The notes under the pieces were generated by a model that saw only the letters and a list, made by a program, of their open reading frames with translations, was not told where the DNA came from and did no database searches. Both the position numbers and the translations under genes were made by a program. Of a DNA stretch of 64,000 nt, positions 52,511-63,912 are shown in pieces. The first letter of the stretch is position 1; each line of letters opens with the position of its first letter. Location: positions 288,013 to 352,012 of IMG/VR virus record IMGVR_UViG_3300046787_000200; one strand, 5' to 3'.

Positions 52511-55204
52511 TTATGTTTTTAAGTATGTTGTTAGTAAATTAACTGTTGCAGTTCCACCTGAACTAGTTGCATATACTGCTACATTTCCCGATACACCATT
52601 GATGTTACTACTAACTTCAATAATGTCTGCTGTTACATTAGAACAAACTGAACCGTAAATTGTTACATAACTGTTTGTTCCATCTTGAACCAATAATGCT
52701 TCAACTGACTGATAGCCGTTTGCGCTTGAAGCACTAATAATATATTTAGCCGTTCTGTATGTTGATGGGGCAAATTGGTCAATAACTGTATTTGTTGTTA
52801 CTGATACATTTGAACGATTACTTTGTAATCCACCATTCAATAATACATTACCTACTGTTGCGTTGCCAGTAACTGCTACACTTGTTAGTGTACCAACTGA
52901 GGTAACATTTGGCTGAGCCGCTGTTGTTAATGAACCTGCTACTGTAGTGAATACACCACCTGTAGCACCGATATTACCAACATTAGCATTGCCAGTAGCA
53001 CTGATAACACCACCGGTTACTAAGTTTCCACCAGTGATATTACCAGTTGCTGTAATTAAACCCCCTGTACCGATGTTGCCAATATTCGCATTAGCACTTA
53101 TGCTTAATGCAGTAGATGCTACAGTTCCAGTAGCACTTAAGTTACCACCTGTAATATTACCAGTTGCAGATACAACACCTGCAGTATTAATATTTCCACC
53201 ACCGATATTACCAGTCGCAGTGATTAATCCGCCTGTACCGATATTACCGATGTTAGCATTACCACTAGCACTTACTGTAGTAGCAACAACACCTGTAGTA
53301 CCGATATTACCAACATTAGCATTACCACTTACACTTAATGTACCTGCAATATTTGCACCAGTTCCAGTAATAACTGCGGTAGTATTACCATCAGAGTTGA
53401 TATTAACATTGCCATTAGCTGTAGGAATACTTACATTACTTGTTCCGTTTGAAACACTTGATGTGCTGATTGTAACAAATGACAATCCACCTGAACCATT
53501 TGTTTGAATAACTTGTCCTGATGAACCACCGGTGACTGTTACATTACCGATAGCACCTAAGTTACTTACACCGGTAACGGTTAATGTTCCTGCATTAACT
53601 AAACCTGCAGTATTGATATTACCACCTTGAATATTGCCAGTAGCTGTAATTAATCCACCTGTGCCTAAATTACCTACATTAGCATTACCGCTAGCACTTA
53701 CAGTAGTAGATACAACGCCTGTTGCACCAATATTACCGACATTAGCATTACCTGTGGCACTAATTGCACCGCTTGTAGTCAAGTTGCCACCTGACACATT
53801 GCCTGCGGCGCTTACTAGTCCTGCAGTTCCAATATTACCGACATTTGCATCGCCTGATACGCTTAATGATGTTAGTGTACCAACACTTGTAATTGTAGGT
53901 TGTGCAACATTTACACTGAATGTTGAGCCTGTTAATGTTAAACCTGTACCCGCTTGATATGTTCCTGCACCACTGAACTGAACGAATGTAATATCAGTTG
54001 TGCCAACCGTTACAGGACTATTTGTAGTACATACCCAACCTGTATCTGCATTTGTTGAACCACCTTCAACGAATACGAATGCACCCGGAATCTCACCGCT
54101 CGGTGATGCACTATCAAAGTCTGTTGTTCTTGTCAATACGAAGGCTGCACCTGCGCCACCTGTTGCTGTAACTACATATATACCGTTATAAGGTGCATTA
54201 GTTGAAGTTTCGTTCTTAATCAATACACGTTGATTAGCTGATACTGCACTACCATCAAGTGACAATGCACCATTTGCATTAGCAGTAATAGTGGCGCCGA
54301 CACCTGAAGTTCCATTATCGTATGTAAATGCAGCTAGTGCGGCTGCTGAAGCGTATGAAACAGAAGCTTTTGGATCTAGACCCTGTGCAACATCATCAAC
54401 ATATTGTTTAGTTGCGGCATCTTGTGCATTAACTGGATCAGCAAGGCCAGTAATGTTCTTATTTGTCATTGCAACATTACCAGCGAATGTTGCACCACCT
54501 GTTGCACTTAATATACCACCAGTAATAACATTACCTGCTGTAGCATTACCGGTTACAGATACTGTTCCGGTGAACACACCTGCGGCTGCTCCAATATTAC
54601 CAACGTTAGCATTACCTGTTGCACTTAATACACCGCCTGTTACTAAGTTAGCACCTTGAATGTTACCTGTAGCAGTTATTAAACCGCCAGTTGTTATATT
54701 TCCACCAGTAACATTGCCAGTTGCAGTGACTACGCCACCTGTTACAATATTACCACCACCAATATTACCGGTCGCTGTGATAAGGCCAGCTGTTCCGATA
54801 TTACCTACGTTAGCATTACCAGTTGCAGATATGACACCACCTGTAACTAAGTTTCCACCTTGAATATTGCCAGTAGCAGTGACTAATCCACCAGTGCCAA
54901 TATTACCAATATTTGCATTTCCGGATACAGATACACTAGTGAGAGTTCCTACACTAGTGATGTTAGGTTGTGCGGCTGTTGTTACAGTTCCCGCAGTAGT
55001 TGCAGTCGTTGCGTTAGCAACAGTACCCACAACATTTGCACCTTGAATATTGAATAATGCGTTAGCATTACCACTAAAGAAGTTAGCAACTGCTAAGTTA
55101 CCTAAGTTAGCGTTACCAACGCCTGTAATATTACCAGTAGCCGCATCTAGTGTGATGTTACCTGTTGTAATACCATTCTTAACAACGAAATTTTTTGTAG
55201 TCAT
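52511..55204 (-). CDS. Repetitive fibre-like virion protein
   Basis: Same repeats; DAATKQYVD...AQGL tail-fibre module. Confidence 0.75.
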   Translation of the reverse strand: MTTKNFVVKNGITTGNITLDAATGNITGVGNANLGNLAVANFFSGNANALFNIQGANVVGTVANATTATTAGTVTTAAQPNITSVGTLTSVSVSGNANIGNIGTGGLVTATGNIQGGNLVTGGVISATGNANVGNIGTAGLITATGNIGGGNIVTGGVVTATGNVTGGNITTGGLITATGNIQGANLVTGGVLSATGNANVGNIGAAAGVFTGTVSVTGNATAGNVITGGILSATGGATFAGNVAMTNKNITGLADPVNAQDAATKQYVDDVAQGLDPKASVSYASAAALAAFTYDNGTSGVGATITANANGALSLDGSAVSANQRVLIKNETSTNAPYNGIYVVTATGGAGAAFVLTRTTDFDSASPSGEIPGAFVFVEGGSTNADTGWVCTTNSPVTVGTTDITFVQFSGAGTYQAGTGLTLTGSTFSVNVAQPTITSVGTLTSLSVSGDANVGNIGTAGLVSAAGNVSGGNLTTSGAISATGNANVGNIGATGVVSTTVSASGNANVGNLGTGGLITATGNIQGGNINTAGLVNAGTLTVTGVSNLGAIGNVTVTGGSSGQVIQTNGSGGLSFVTISTSSVSNGTSNVSIPTANGNVNINSDGNTTAVITGTGANIAGTLSVSGNANVGNIGTTGVVATTVSASGNANIGNIGTGGLITATGNIGGGNINTAGVVSATGNITGGNLSATGTVASTALSISANANIGNIGTGGLITATGNITGGNLVTGGVISATGNANVGNIGATGGVFTTVAGSLTTAAQPNVTSVGTLTSVAVTGNATVGNVLLNGGLQSNRSNVSVTTNTVIDQFAPSTYRTAKYIISASSANGYQSVEALLVQDGTNSYVTIYGSVCSNVTADIIEVSSNINGVSGNVAVYATSSGGTATVNLLTTYLKT

Positions 55205-55221
55205 TTTATTTTATATCCTTA

Positions 55222-56940
55222 TCAATCTGGAACGTAAGTACCCATTAAGTTTAAATTAGTGTTCGCACCAACTGCGGTTGCATAAACGTTGACATTGCCA
55301 GCACTAATATCTGTGTCAAAAGTTACAAGGTCGCTTCCAGATGTTGATAAACTTCCATAAACAGTTATAATACTATTTATGTCATTATGAACTAAAAGGA
55401 CCTCCAGAGCTTGGTAATCTGTGCCGTCACCTGCTCTCATTGTGTATTTTGCTGAACGATATTCAGCAATAGGGAAAGTATCAATCGGTGTTAATGATGT
55501 AATTGGAACTGATGTTCGCTTACTATATAAATCCGTTACTTTGATGTTACCAGCATCAATAGTATTTGTAACTGTTAGATTAGCACTAGATATGTTGCCA
55601 GTCACACTTAAACTTGCTAATGTACCTGTGCTTGTAATATTTGGTTGCGCTCCGGTAGTCAATGTACCTGTAAGTAAGTTACCGGACACTGTACCAGTGA
55701 CTGATACATTACTATTAGCGATTAAGTTACCTTGAATTGTGACACTATTATTAGCACCACCCATAACAATATTGGCTGCTATACCTAAATTAATATCATC
55801 AACAAATGTGTTAAATATACCTGCATCAGTGCCACTAACTGCAATAGTGCCATTACCAATGCTCACACAACCAGCAGATGATACTAGATAGTTAGCTGTT
55901 ACAATATTACCTAAGTTAGCGTTACTTGCGGCAATATTACCAGTAACTGTTAGTAAATTAGTTGCACTGTCAAATGTAAAGTTTGAACTTGCACCAAACT
56001 CTCCACCGTTATTGTATTGAACTTGTGTGTTAGAACCACCGGGGTTTCCGCCCATATCTAATGGTTGACCGTTTGCATAATAATAGTTGTCGGTTAATAT
56101 GCCAGTAGTTGCTGTATTTCCGATAACTGTTACCCCAGTGCTTGAAGCTACGAATATATTTGCATTACCGTCAGCACTTATATTAATAGAAGTTGAAGTT
56201 ACGATAATATTACTATTACCATTGCTCATTGAGTCAGTCGTAGCTGTTCCGTTACCTGAAATATCTAAACTACCACCATCTGCGTTAGTAATAACTACAT
56301 TTGCACCATCTGTGCTAATAGTGCTATTACCAATATAAATTGTATTGTTAGAAAGATATAAATCTTTCCATCGTTGAGTCGGGCTACCTAAATCATATGT
56401 AATGTTAGCTGAGGGTAATAAACTACCAGTAAATGTTCCGGAGCCAGGAACTGCCAAATTACCTGTTACTTGGTCAAAAGTAAACCCTGCATTACCAGTT
56501 AATTCACCGTTATCATCATATATGATTTGACCGCTAATAGAATTGATTGCGGTGCCAACTTCAGCTAATATACCGTCTACTTCAAATGTACCATCGATTG
56601 TGATTGGTACAGTGAATAAGCCTTGGAAGTTTTCAGGGACATTGTACGTCTCACCTACGGGGATAATGTAGGGCATCGGGGCAGAACTATTACCACCCGA
56701 TGAATCTATGAATGATAAATTACCTGCCCCGTCTGTAGAAAGAACTTGACCGTTACTACCACCAGTTATATGTATATTTGCTACTGCACCTAATGAAACA
56801 TTAGAAGTCGCAGTGAAATCTACTACACTATTGGCAGTAATATTTGTGGTAGTGATATCTCCATTAGCTTGTATTATCGTTACATGCGGATCATTTCCTA
56901 CGGAAATACCTGCTATGGAGTTTAAGGGTCTTAGTGCCAT
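55222..56940 (-). CDS. Repetitive fibre-like virion protein
   Basis: YDLGS.TQRWKDLYL, GSNTQVQYN, C-terminal YRSAKY domain. Confidence 0.75.
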   Translation of the reverse strand: MALRPLNSIAGISVGNDPHVTIIQANGDITTTNITANSVVDFTATSNVSLGAVANIHITGGSNGQVLSTDGAGNLSFIDSSGGNSSAPMPYIIPVGETYNVPENFQGLFTVPITIDGTFEVDGILAEVGTAINSISGQIIYDDNGELTGNAGFTFDQVTGNLAVPGSGTFTGSLLPSANITYDLGSPTQRWKDLYLSNNTIYIGNSTISTDGANVVITNADGGSLDISGNGTATTDSMSNGNSNIIVTSTSINISADGNANIFVASSTGVTVIGNTATTGILTDNYYYANGQPLDMGGNPGGSNTQVQYNNGGEFGASSNFTFDSATNLLTVTGNIAASNANLGNIVTANYLVSSAGCVSIGNGTIAVSGTDAGIFNTFVDDINLGIAANIVMGGANNSVTIQGNLIANSNVSVTGTVSGNLLTGTLTTGAQPNITSTGTLASLSVTGNISSANLTVTNTIDAGNIKVTDLYSKRTSVPITSLTPIDTFPIAEYRSAKYTMRAGDGTDYQALEVLLVHNDINSIITVYGSLSTSGSDLVTFDTDISAGNVNVYATAVGANTNLNLMGTYVPD

Positions 56941-56944
56941 TTAA

Positions 56945-59900
56945 TTACATTACTCTGTATTGTGTTGTCCAAACTGTAGAATTACTACTTGATGGAGTAA
57001 CTTGCAACGCTACGTTGCCTCCTGATATATTGACCGCTAATGCTCCTGTTCCTGAAGTTAAAAATGCTGTTGCATACGTTGCATAATCAACGTTTGTTCC
57101 ATCTGTTACTGCTGTTACTGTTGCTACACTGTATTTATCACCAGTTGAATCTTCACCCTTAACTAAAAACTCAATTGCCGCAATACCTGTTGTACTGAAT
57201 TCTGCAATAGTTTGGTTAGCATCAATGTTAGACGTTGTTACTGTTCCCCAACCTACTTTAGTATTACCAATATTTGCACTAATGTTTGCTAATATTGTAT
57301 TTGCTGTGACTGCGTTTGCAGTATTTATGTTGCCCCCGGTTACATTACCGGTAGCTGTAATTAATCCTGCAGTTGTGATATTACCACCGGTTACATTACC
57401 TGTAGCAGTTACAACCCCGCCGGTTACAATATTACCGCCACCAATATTACCGGTAGCTGTAATTAAGCCTGCAGTTCCAATGTTGCCAATGTTAGCATTA
57501 CCTGTTACGGTTAATAGACCACCGGTTACTAAGTTAGCACCAGTGATGTTACCTGTAGCAGTTACGACACCGCCGGTGATTAAATTGCCGCCTGTAATAT
57601 TTGCAGTAGCAGTGAAAGTATTAGCAGATACTACATTAGCACCTGATATATTTCCACCTGAACCAGTTGTGCTGATATTACCAAATGTACCATTACCTGT
57701 AGCAGATACAATACCGGCTGTAATAATATTACCTGCATTTAGGTTACCTGTAGCAGTTACAACACCGCCAGTTACTAAATTAGCACCTTGAATATTGCCA
57801 GTAGCTGTAATTAATCCAGCAGTACCGATGTTTCCAATGTTCGCATTACCAGTGACTGATAATAGTCCTGATGCTATTAAGTTGCCTGAATTTATATTAC
57901 CTACAATAGATAATACATTTGTAGCACTATCAAATGTAAAGTTAGCACTTGCACCAAAATTGTTGTTATCATTAAACTGAATCTGTGTATTTGATCCGGC
58001 TGCTTGTTGGAAATCTACAGGACTACCATTAGCATAATAATAGTTATCAGTTAATATTCCACCAACTGCCGCGTTGCCTGTAATATTTGCTGTATTACCG
58101 TATACACCATTTGATGCTACAATATTAGCACCTGATACATTACCGGTGGCAGTTACAACACCGCCCGTTACTATGTTAGCACCTGTAATATTACCAAGAG
58201 CAAGAATTAAACCAGCAGTACCAATGTTACCAATGTTAGCATTAGCAGTAGCACTTAATGTAGTTGCAAATACCCCAGTCGTATTCAAGTTTGCAACATT
58301 AGCGTTACCGGTTGCACTGATTACTCCACCAGTATTAATGTTACCTGCATCTAAATTACCAGTAGCAGTAATTAAACCGGCTGTTCCTAAATTACCGACA
58401 TTAGCATTAGCAGTAGCACTTAATGTAGTTGCAAATACCCCAGTAGTATTCAAGTTTGCAACATTAGCGTTACCAGTTGCAGTTACTATACCACCTGTTA
58501 CTATATTACCGCCGCCAATATTACCTGTTGCTGTAATTAACCCAGCTGTTCCAATATTACCAATATTAGCGTTGCCGGTGACTGTTAGTAATCCAGCTGT
58601 AGTTAAATTTGCACCAGTAACGTTACCATTAGCGATTATTGCATAATTAGCAAATATGTTAGCATCTACTGTTAAATTACCTGAAATATTTGCAAGATTA
58701 CCAATGCTTAAATTGTTTGCTGTTACATTACCAGTAACGCTTAAACTTGTACCAGTTGCCGCTCCGATATTTGGAGTAGTAAATTGTGCGCTTGCCTTAA
58801 CTACAATGTTACCACCAACAATATCAGTTGTTACACCATCAGTATTAGCACTAATAGTAGTACCGGTAATTGCGATACCATTACCTGCACTGTATGAACC
58901 GGCAGCACTAAATTGACTGAATCCAATGTTAGTATAACCAAATAATATTTCACCAGTCGGTGTTGTTACTACATAGCTTGATCCTGCATAGCTACTACCT
59001 TGTTGAACAAAGAAATAGTCACCATAACCTAACGCATTTGTTTCTGTCGGGCTGTATGTATCTTCATCCGTTGCACGTGTTAGTACCCAAGCTGTTGAAC
59101 CATCACCTACAGTTGTAACAGTATAGACACCGTTTTCATATCCGTTAGTTTGACCCTGAACTAAAACTCTATTAGTTGATGATAGTGCTACCCCGTCAAT
59201 ACTAATTGCGGCATTTGCGCCCGCATTAGTAAGTGTTGCGCCAACTCCTGTGTTTGCATTGGCTGATTGTGTTAATCCGGTGCCGTTTGTTAGTGTAGTT
59301 ACTTCTGCGCCAAAGTATCCTGCTTTAACAGTAATAGTATCGGCAGCAGGTGTGCTATAAACAAAGTATGCATCATCTGCAATAAGACCATTGAATGAGT
59401 TATCCCATGAAACCTCATCACCAATACTTAAATTGTGAGCCGCACTAAATTGAATTGTTTTACCACCAGTAATTGCAATTGTTGATAGAACCGAACCACC
59501 GTTGGCATATGTTGCATTTAAGTTAGTAGCACTTGTAACTTTTACTGCAGTATGTATTGTTAACCCTTGTGCAGTATTATCAACATATTCTTTTGTTGTT
59601 GCGTCACGTGGTTCAACTGGATCTGCTAATTGAGTAATTCGTTTTAATGAAACATCTACTGTGCCATTACCAGTTGGTGTTAAATTAATAGAACCATCAG
59701 ATCCTGCCGCATTAATTGTAATGTTACCACTTGGGGCAAGAATTGTATCAGTTTTTAAGTTACCAGCTGTTATTTGTCCAGATATATTAGCATTACTACT
59801 ATCGATATTACCATTAGCAGTAATTGTTCCATTTGCTAATATTGCACCTGATTGTATAGTATTACCGGTTCCAGATACTACAATACCAGTGTCTGTTACT

Positions 59901-60844
59901 AAAAGAATATTTGCATTGCCGGCAACACTTGTAGCTACGTTGCCATTAGCAAATACTCTTACATTACTGTTACCATTGCTTAGTAATGAAGTATCAATTC
60001 CAGTTAAGAATGCACCGTTACCTAATATGTAAGTACCACTAATGTTTCCATTAGCAGTAATATTAGCATTAGCGTTGATATCGGTTAATGCAATAAGGTT
60101 ATTAGCAGTTACGTTACCTGTAGCTGTAATCAATCCACCTGTGATTAAGTTTGCACCAGTTATGTTAGCATTACTTGTTAATACTGAACTTACTTGAACT
60201 ATACCAGAACCATTTGGCGTAAAAATTATATTGCCATTTGAGTTAACACTTGTTATAGTTGTACCAGCAAAGTTTAAGTTGCCAATTTGTGTGTTGCTAG
60301 GTAAGTTAGTTACACCAACTAAACCAATATATCTATAACCAACTACATAAAGAACTTTACCTGAAGTCAATGCAGCCGGAATAGTTTCACCAATAAAGTT
60401 GATAACACCTGATTGATAGTTATAGTAATATTGGCCTGTTCCACCTGAACCATCAGCAAATATTTGTGTACCAGTAGCAGTAGGATCAGCTACACCTGGA
60501 TCATCTACCCAGACTTGAACGTTGTATGTTGAACCAAACTCAGTAGGAATCCAATATGTTAATCCTGTTAACCACGTTGGGTAAATACCACCAACCGGAA
60601 CAGTTGTATTATCTGCAGTACATTCTACCGCATTTGCTCCTGTATATGCTTGTACAATGCCTGCTGTTGCGGCTGCTGTGCCTGGAATCTGATCTGATTC
60701 AGTCCACTGAGTGTCGCCACGTATTAGCAGTGGACTAGGAATTGATTCGTTACTTGGACTCTTATTCGTAGCAGTATCGGTTTTGGTTACCCCGAATGCT
60801 TCTTTATATAATAAGTCTACGATTTGTGATTGTGATACGGCCAT
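56945..60844 (-). CDS. Large repetitive fibre-like virion protein (1299 aa)
   Basis: Same repeats; DATTKEYVD..AQGL module. Confidence 0.75.
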   Translation of the reverse strand: MAVSQSQIVDLLYKEAFGVTKTDTATNKSPSNESIPSPLLIRGDTQWTESDQIPGTAAATAGIVQAYTGANAVECTADNTTVPVGGIYPTWLTGLTYWIPTEFGSTYNVQVWVDDPGVADPTATGTQIFADGSGGTGQYYYNYQSGVINFIGETIPAALTSGKVLYVVGYRYIGLVGVTNLPSNTQIGNLNFAGTTITSVNSNGNIIFTPNGSGIVQVSSVLTSNANITGANLITGGLITATGNVTANNLIALTDINANANITANGNISGTYILGNGAFLTGIDTSLLSNGNSNVRVFANGNVATSVAGNANILLVTDTGIVVSGTGNTIQSGAILANGTITANGNIDSSNANISGQITAGNLKTDTILAPSGNITINAAGSDGSINLTPTGNGTVDVSLKRITQLADPVEPRDATTKEYVDNTAQGLTIHTAVKVTSATNLNATYANGGSVLSTIAITGGKTIQFSAAHNLSIGDEVSWDNSFNGLIADDAYFVYSTPAADTITVKAGYFGAEVTTLTNGTGLTQSANANTGVGATLTNAGANAAISIDGVALSSTNRVLVQGQTNGYENGVYTVTTVGDGSTAWVLTRATDEDTYSPTETNALGYGDYFFVQQGSSYAGSSYVVTTPTGEILFGYTNIGFSQFSAAGSYSAGNGIAITGTTISANTDGVTTDIVGGNIVVKASAQFTTPNIGAATGTSLSVTGNVTANNLSIGNLANISGNLTVDANIFANYAIIANGNVTGANLTTAGLLTVTGNANIGNIGTAGLITATGNIGGGNIVTGGIVTATGNANVANLNTTGVFATTLSATANANVGNLGTAGLITATGNLDAGNINTGGVISATGNANVANLNTTGVFATTLSATANANIGNIGTAGLILALGNITGANIVTGGVVTATGNVSGANIVASNGVYGNTANITGNAAVGGILTDNYYYANGSPVDFQQAAGSNTQIQFNDNNNFGASANFTFDSATNVLSIVGNINSGNLIASGLLSVTGNANIGNIGTAGLITATGNIQGANLVTGGVVTATGNLNAGNIITAGIVSATGNGTFGNISTTGSGGNISGANVVSANTFTATANITGGNLITGGVVTATGNITGANLVTGGLLTVTGNANIGNIGTAGLITATGNIGGGNIVTGGVVTATGNVTGGNITTAGLITATGNVTGGNINTANAVTANTILANISANIGNTKVGWGTVTTSNIDANQTIAEFSTTGIAAIEFLVKGEDSTGDKYSVATVTAVTDGTNVDYATYATAFLTSGTGALAVNISGGNVALQVTPSSSNSTVWTTQYRVM

Positions 60845-60846
60845 AA

Positions 60847-63800
60847 TTAGTTACTCGCAGTCTGTAATGATAGGGCAGTAACCGACTGCCCACTTGTTAA
60901 TGCTATTCTTATATAAATTTCGTTTGTAACAGTGCTTGAACTACTTACAGTACCGAAGGTTGCTGTTACTGATTTATTTGTTTGTGCTGAATTTAGTGGA
61001 GCAACACCACCTAATGCGCATCCGTCACTTCCATTACCTGGACTATTTACACCCGGTATACCTGAACCAGCGTATGCCACACTCATATCAATCCATCCAT
61101 TAGCACCTGATGTTGTATCAATAGTACTACCCGGCAATGCAACCCATAGACCAGCAAGTGTGCCTGTCCATTTAACATCAAATTTAGATACTGAAGTTCT
61201 TACAATCTTAAATGTAAAATATTGTGTACCTGTTCTACCTGAACTTAAGTTAGGGCCAGCTGGTAAATAACCAGTTGAATAATTTGTTTGGTCGTGTTTC
61301 AATATGTTTGCTACTACAGTACTATCATAAGTCTGTAATGTACTTGATTGACTATTGAATGCGGCTTCACTACCTGTGAATGTTGGGGTATTTCCTGAGC
61401 CTGGATTTACAATTCTATATGCTAATCCAGAACCACTACCGATTGTTGATCCAACAAAGACGTTAGCTTCTTCAATGCGTGATGCACTACTTGTTGTACC
61501 TGTTTTGTACAATACGTTTGCAGCCAATTGTGTTGTGAATGCTTGTGTACCAGTATTATAACTGTTGAATACGCTTACACTTGGACCTGTTGTGCTTGCA
61601 CCAAATCCTGAAATAATAGTTGAAGTAGTTGCTACTGAAGCATTTCCACTTGACACATATAAGTTCTGTGCCAATGGTGTTGAAATACCTGCAGTAGAAT
61701 ATGTTACACTTGTTGGTGCACCAAATGATCCACCTGCTGTACCAGTAACAAATGTATCACTTGTTGGATACATATTACCACTTAATTTGTTTACACTGAA
61801 TGTAACATCAAACACATTGGTATTGTCATAGTGAGGGACAGTACTTGAATATACATATGATGGTGATCCAGGAGGAGTAATACCTAACGAACTGAACGTT
61901 GGTGTACCCGGAGCACTTGAATCATAGAACCAATTTGCAGTGTTGCTATTACTTGCCGCACTGTCAGCAATATAAACTTCATTCCAACCTTCTGTTACAG
62001 TACCTGCGGCTCTTGACGAGAATACACTCCAGAACCCTGCAGTAATATTAGCATTGGCGTTTGCATAATCATAGTTGTTATATATTACTAAGTTACTGTA
62101 TGTTCCGTTACCATCTAAGTTAGCAGTCAATGCTCTATTACCTGCATCAGTACCATTTAAGAATGCAGTGATTGTTCCTGAATCACCAGGACCTGCTACA
62201 GTAATGTTACCTGTTGTATATGAGCTTGCTCTACGCACTGATGAAACTGTTGTTCCACCTGCTACTGATTTGTTTGCACCCGGTGTGTTGTCAGTTTGTA
62301 CATAGTTTGCCATACGATATGTTGACAAACTTTGAATAGCAATAGACTGACTTGCAGGGAAGTTAGGGGGTGCAGGAGGAACAAGTTTTCCTAGCACTAG
62401 ATTTAATTGAGCAATTGCGTTTGACACAGATGAACTATTTGAAAGAGTTACAGCATTACTTACAAGATTACCTTGAGTAGGATCACCCATTGCAATCGCT
62501 GTTGCACCACCTGCTGTGTTAGCGATAACAACTACACCTGTACCATTTGGTTCAATATTAAGATTAGCATTACTTGCTGTTGTAATATTTGCACCAACAA
62601 TGTTTGGTAATGTACTTGTACCGGTGATACTTAAGTTGCCACCGGATATGTTGCCACTAGCAGTAACGCTCTTTGTGCTTAGATAACCAAACCCAGCGTC
62701 GCCGCCGATTTCAGTGCCGCCTGCACCTACTGTTAATACTTGATTTGGATTGTCCCAAACTAAATTAGTAGTGTCAAGTAATTGTTTATTTGCACCAACG
62801 TATGGTACACGTGTTGATGTTAAAGCATTAGATATTAAACTATCACCGGAGATGTTACCAGTAGCTGTTACAACACCTGCTGTAACAATGTTCCCACCAG
62901 TGATATTACCTGTTGCACTTACAACACCACCTGTGTTCAAGTTTCCACCGTCAATATTACCAGTCGCAGTAATTAAACCAGCAGTTCCTAAATTACCTAC
63001 ATTAGCATTTGCAGTTGCACTTAATGTTGTTGCAAACACACCTGTTGTATTTAAGTTAGCTACGTTAGCATTGCCGGTTGCACTAATAGTACCACCAGTT
63101 ATTAGATTACCAAATGTACCATTACCGGTAGCAGTTACTTCACCTGCTGTTCCGATGTTGCCGATATTTGCATTACCAGTTACTGATAGAACGCCACCTG
63201 TTACTAAGTTAGCACCTTGAATGTTACCTGATGCAGTTATTAGACCAGCAGTACCGATGTTTCCAATATTTGCATTACCAGTTACAGTTAGTAGTCCACC
63301 TGTAGAAATGTTTCCTGCGCCAATATTACCTACAGCAGTTATTAAACCACCTGTTCCGATGTTACCAATATTAGCATTACCGATGACTGATAAACTTGCT
63401 AGAGCACCGACTGATGTTACGTTAGGTTGTGCGGCTGTTGTTAATGTACCTTCTACTAACGTGAATATACCAGCAGTTGCACCAATGTTTCCAACATTAG
63501 CGTTACCTATTGCGCTGATTAACCCAGTTGTTATTAAGTTACCTGAACTTACATTACCTACTGTACTTAAGTTACCTACAATTGCATTACCTGATGCGCT
63601 GACAGTACCTGCTACGATGAGACCAGTACCTGTGATAGTTACAACATTTGCATTGCCTGCAGAGCTAATTTCTACGTTAGCGTTAGCGTAAACTTTGACA
63701 TTACTATTACCGTTTTGAATACTAGTAGCATCAATACCTGTCAACTGACTACCGTTACCTAAGAAGTAAGTAGCAGTAATATTACCATTAGCAATAATGT

Positions 63801-63912
63801 TTGCGTTGGCTTGAATATTACCGGTAATTATGTCACCATTTGCTAAGACAACGTTGGCCGGTATCTCACCTACTGAGAAACCGCCTACCGAGTTAAATGG
63901 TTTAATTGCCAT
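60847..63912 (-). CDS. Large virion protein with N-terminal repeats and Ser/Thr-rich beta domains (1021 aa)
   Basis: MAIKPFNS start similar to 55222; AAGGA SD; upstream ATAAATA. Confidence 0.75.
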   Translation of the reverse strand: MAIKPFNSVGGFSVGEIPANVVLANGDIITGNIQANANIIANGNITATYFLGNGSQLTGIDATSIQNGNSNVKVYANANVEISSAGNANVVTITGTGLIVAGTVSASGNAIVGNLSTVGNVSSGNLITTGLISAIGNANVGNIGATAGIFTLVEGTLTTAAQPNVTSVGALASLSVIGNANIGNIGTGGLITAVGNIGAGNISTGGLLTVTGNANIGNIGTAGLITASGNIQGANLVTGGVLSVTGNANIGNIGTAGEVTATGNGTFGNLITGGTISATGNANVANLNTTGVFATTLSATANANVGNLGTAGLITATGNIDGGNLNTGGVVSATGNITGGNIVTAGVVTATGNISGDSLISNALTSTRVPYVGANKQLLDTTNLVWDNPNQVLTVGAGGTEIGGDAGFGYLSTKSVTASGNISGGNLSITGTSTLPNIVGANITTASNANLNIEPNGTGVVVIANTAGGATAIAMGDPTQGNLVSNAVTLSNSSSVSNAIAQLNLVLGKLVPPAPPNFPASQSIAIQSLSTYRMANYVQTDNTPGANKSVAGGTTVSSVRRASSYTTGNITVAGPGDSGTITAFLNGTDAGNRALTANLDGNGTYSNLVIYNNYDYANANANITAGFWSVFSSRAAGTVTEGWNEVYIADSAASNSNTANWFYDSSAPGTPTFSSLGITPPGSPSYVYSSTVPHYDNTNVFDVTFSVNKLSGNMYPTSDTFVTGTAGGSFGAPTSVTYSTAGISTPLAQNLYVSSGNASVATTSTIISGFGASTTGPSVSVFNSYNTGTQAFTTQLAANVLYKTGTTSSASRIEEANVFVGSTIGSGSGLAYRIVNPGSGNTPTFTGSEAAFNSQSSTLQTYDSTVVANILKHDQTNYSTGYLPAGPNLSSGRTGTQYFTFKIVRTSVSKFDVKWTGTLAGLWVALPGSTIDTTSGANGWIDMSVAYAGSGIPGVNSPGNGSDGCALGGVAPLNSAQTNKSVTATFGTVSSSSTVTNEIYIRIALTSGQSVTALSLQTASN

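Noticed and set aside
49048-63691. Many long + strand ORFs rich in Pro/Val/Leu
   Set aside because: Antisense shadows of the repetitive minus-strand fibre genes; no SD or independent motifs.
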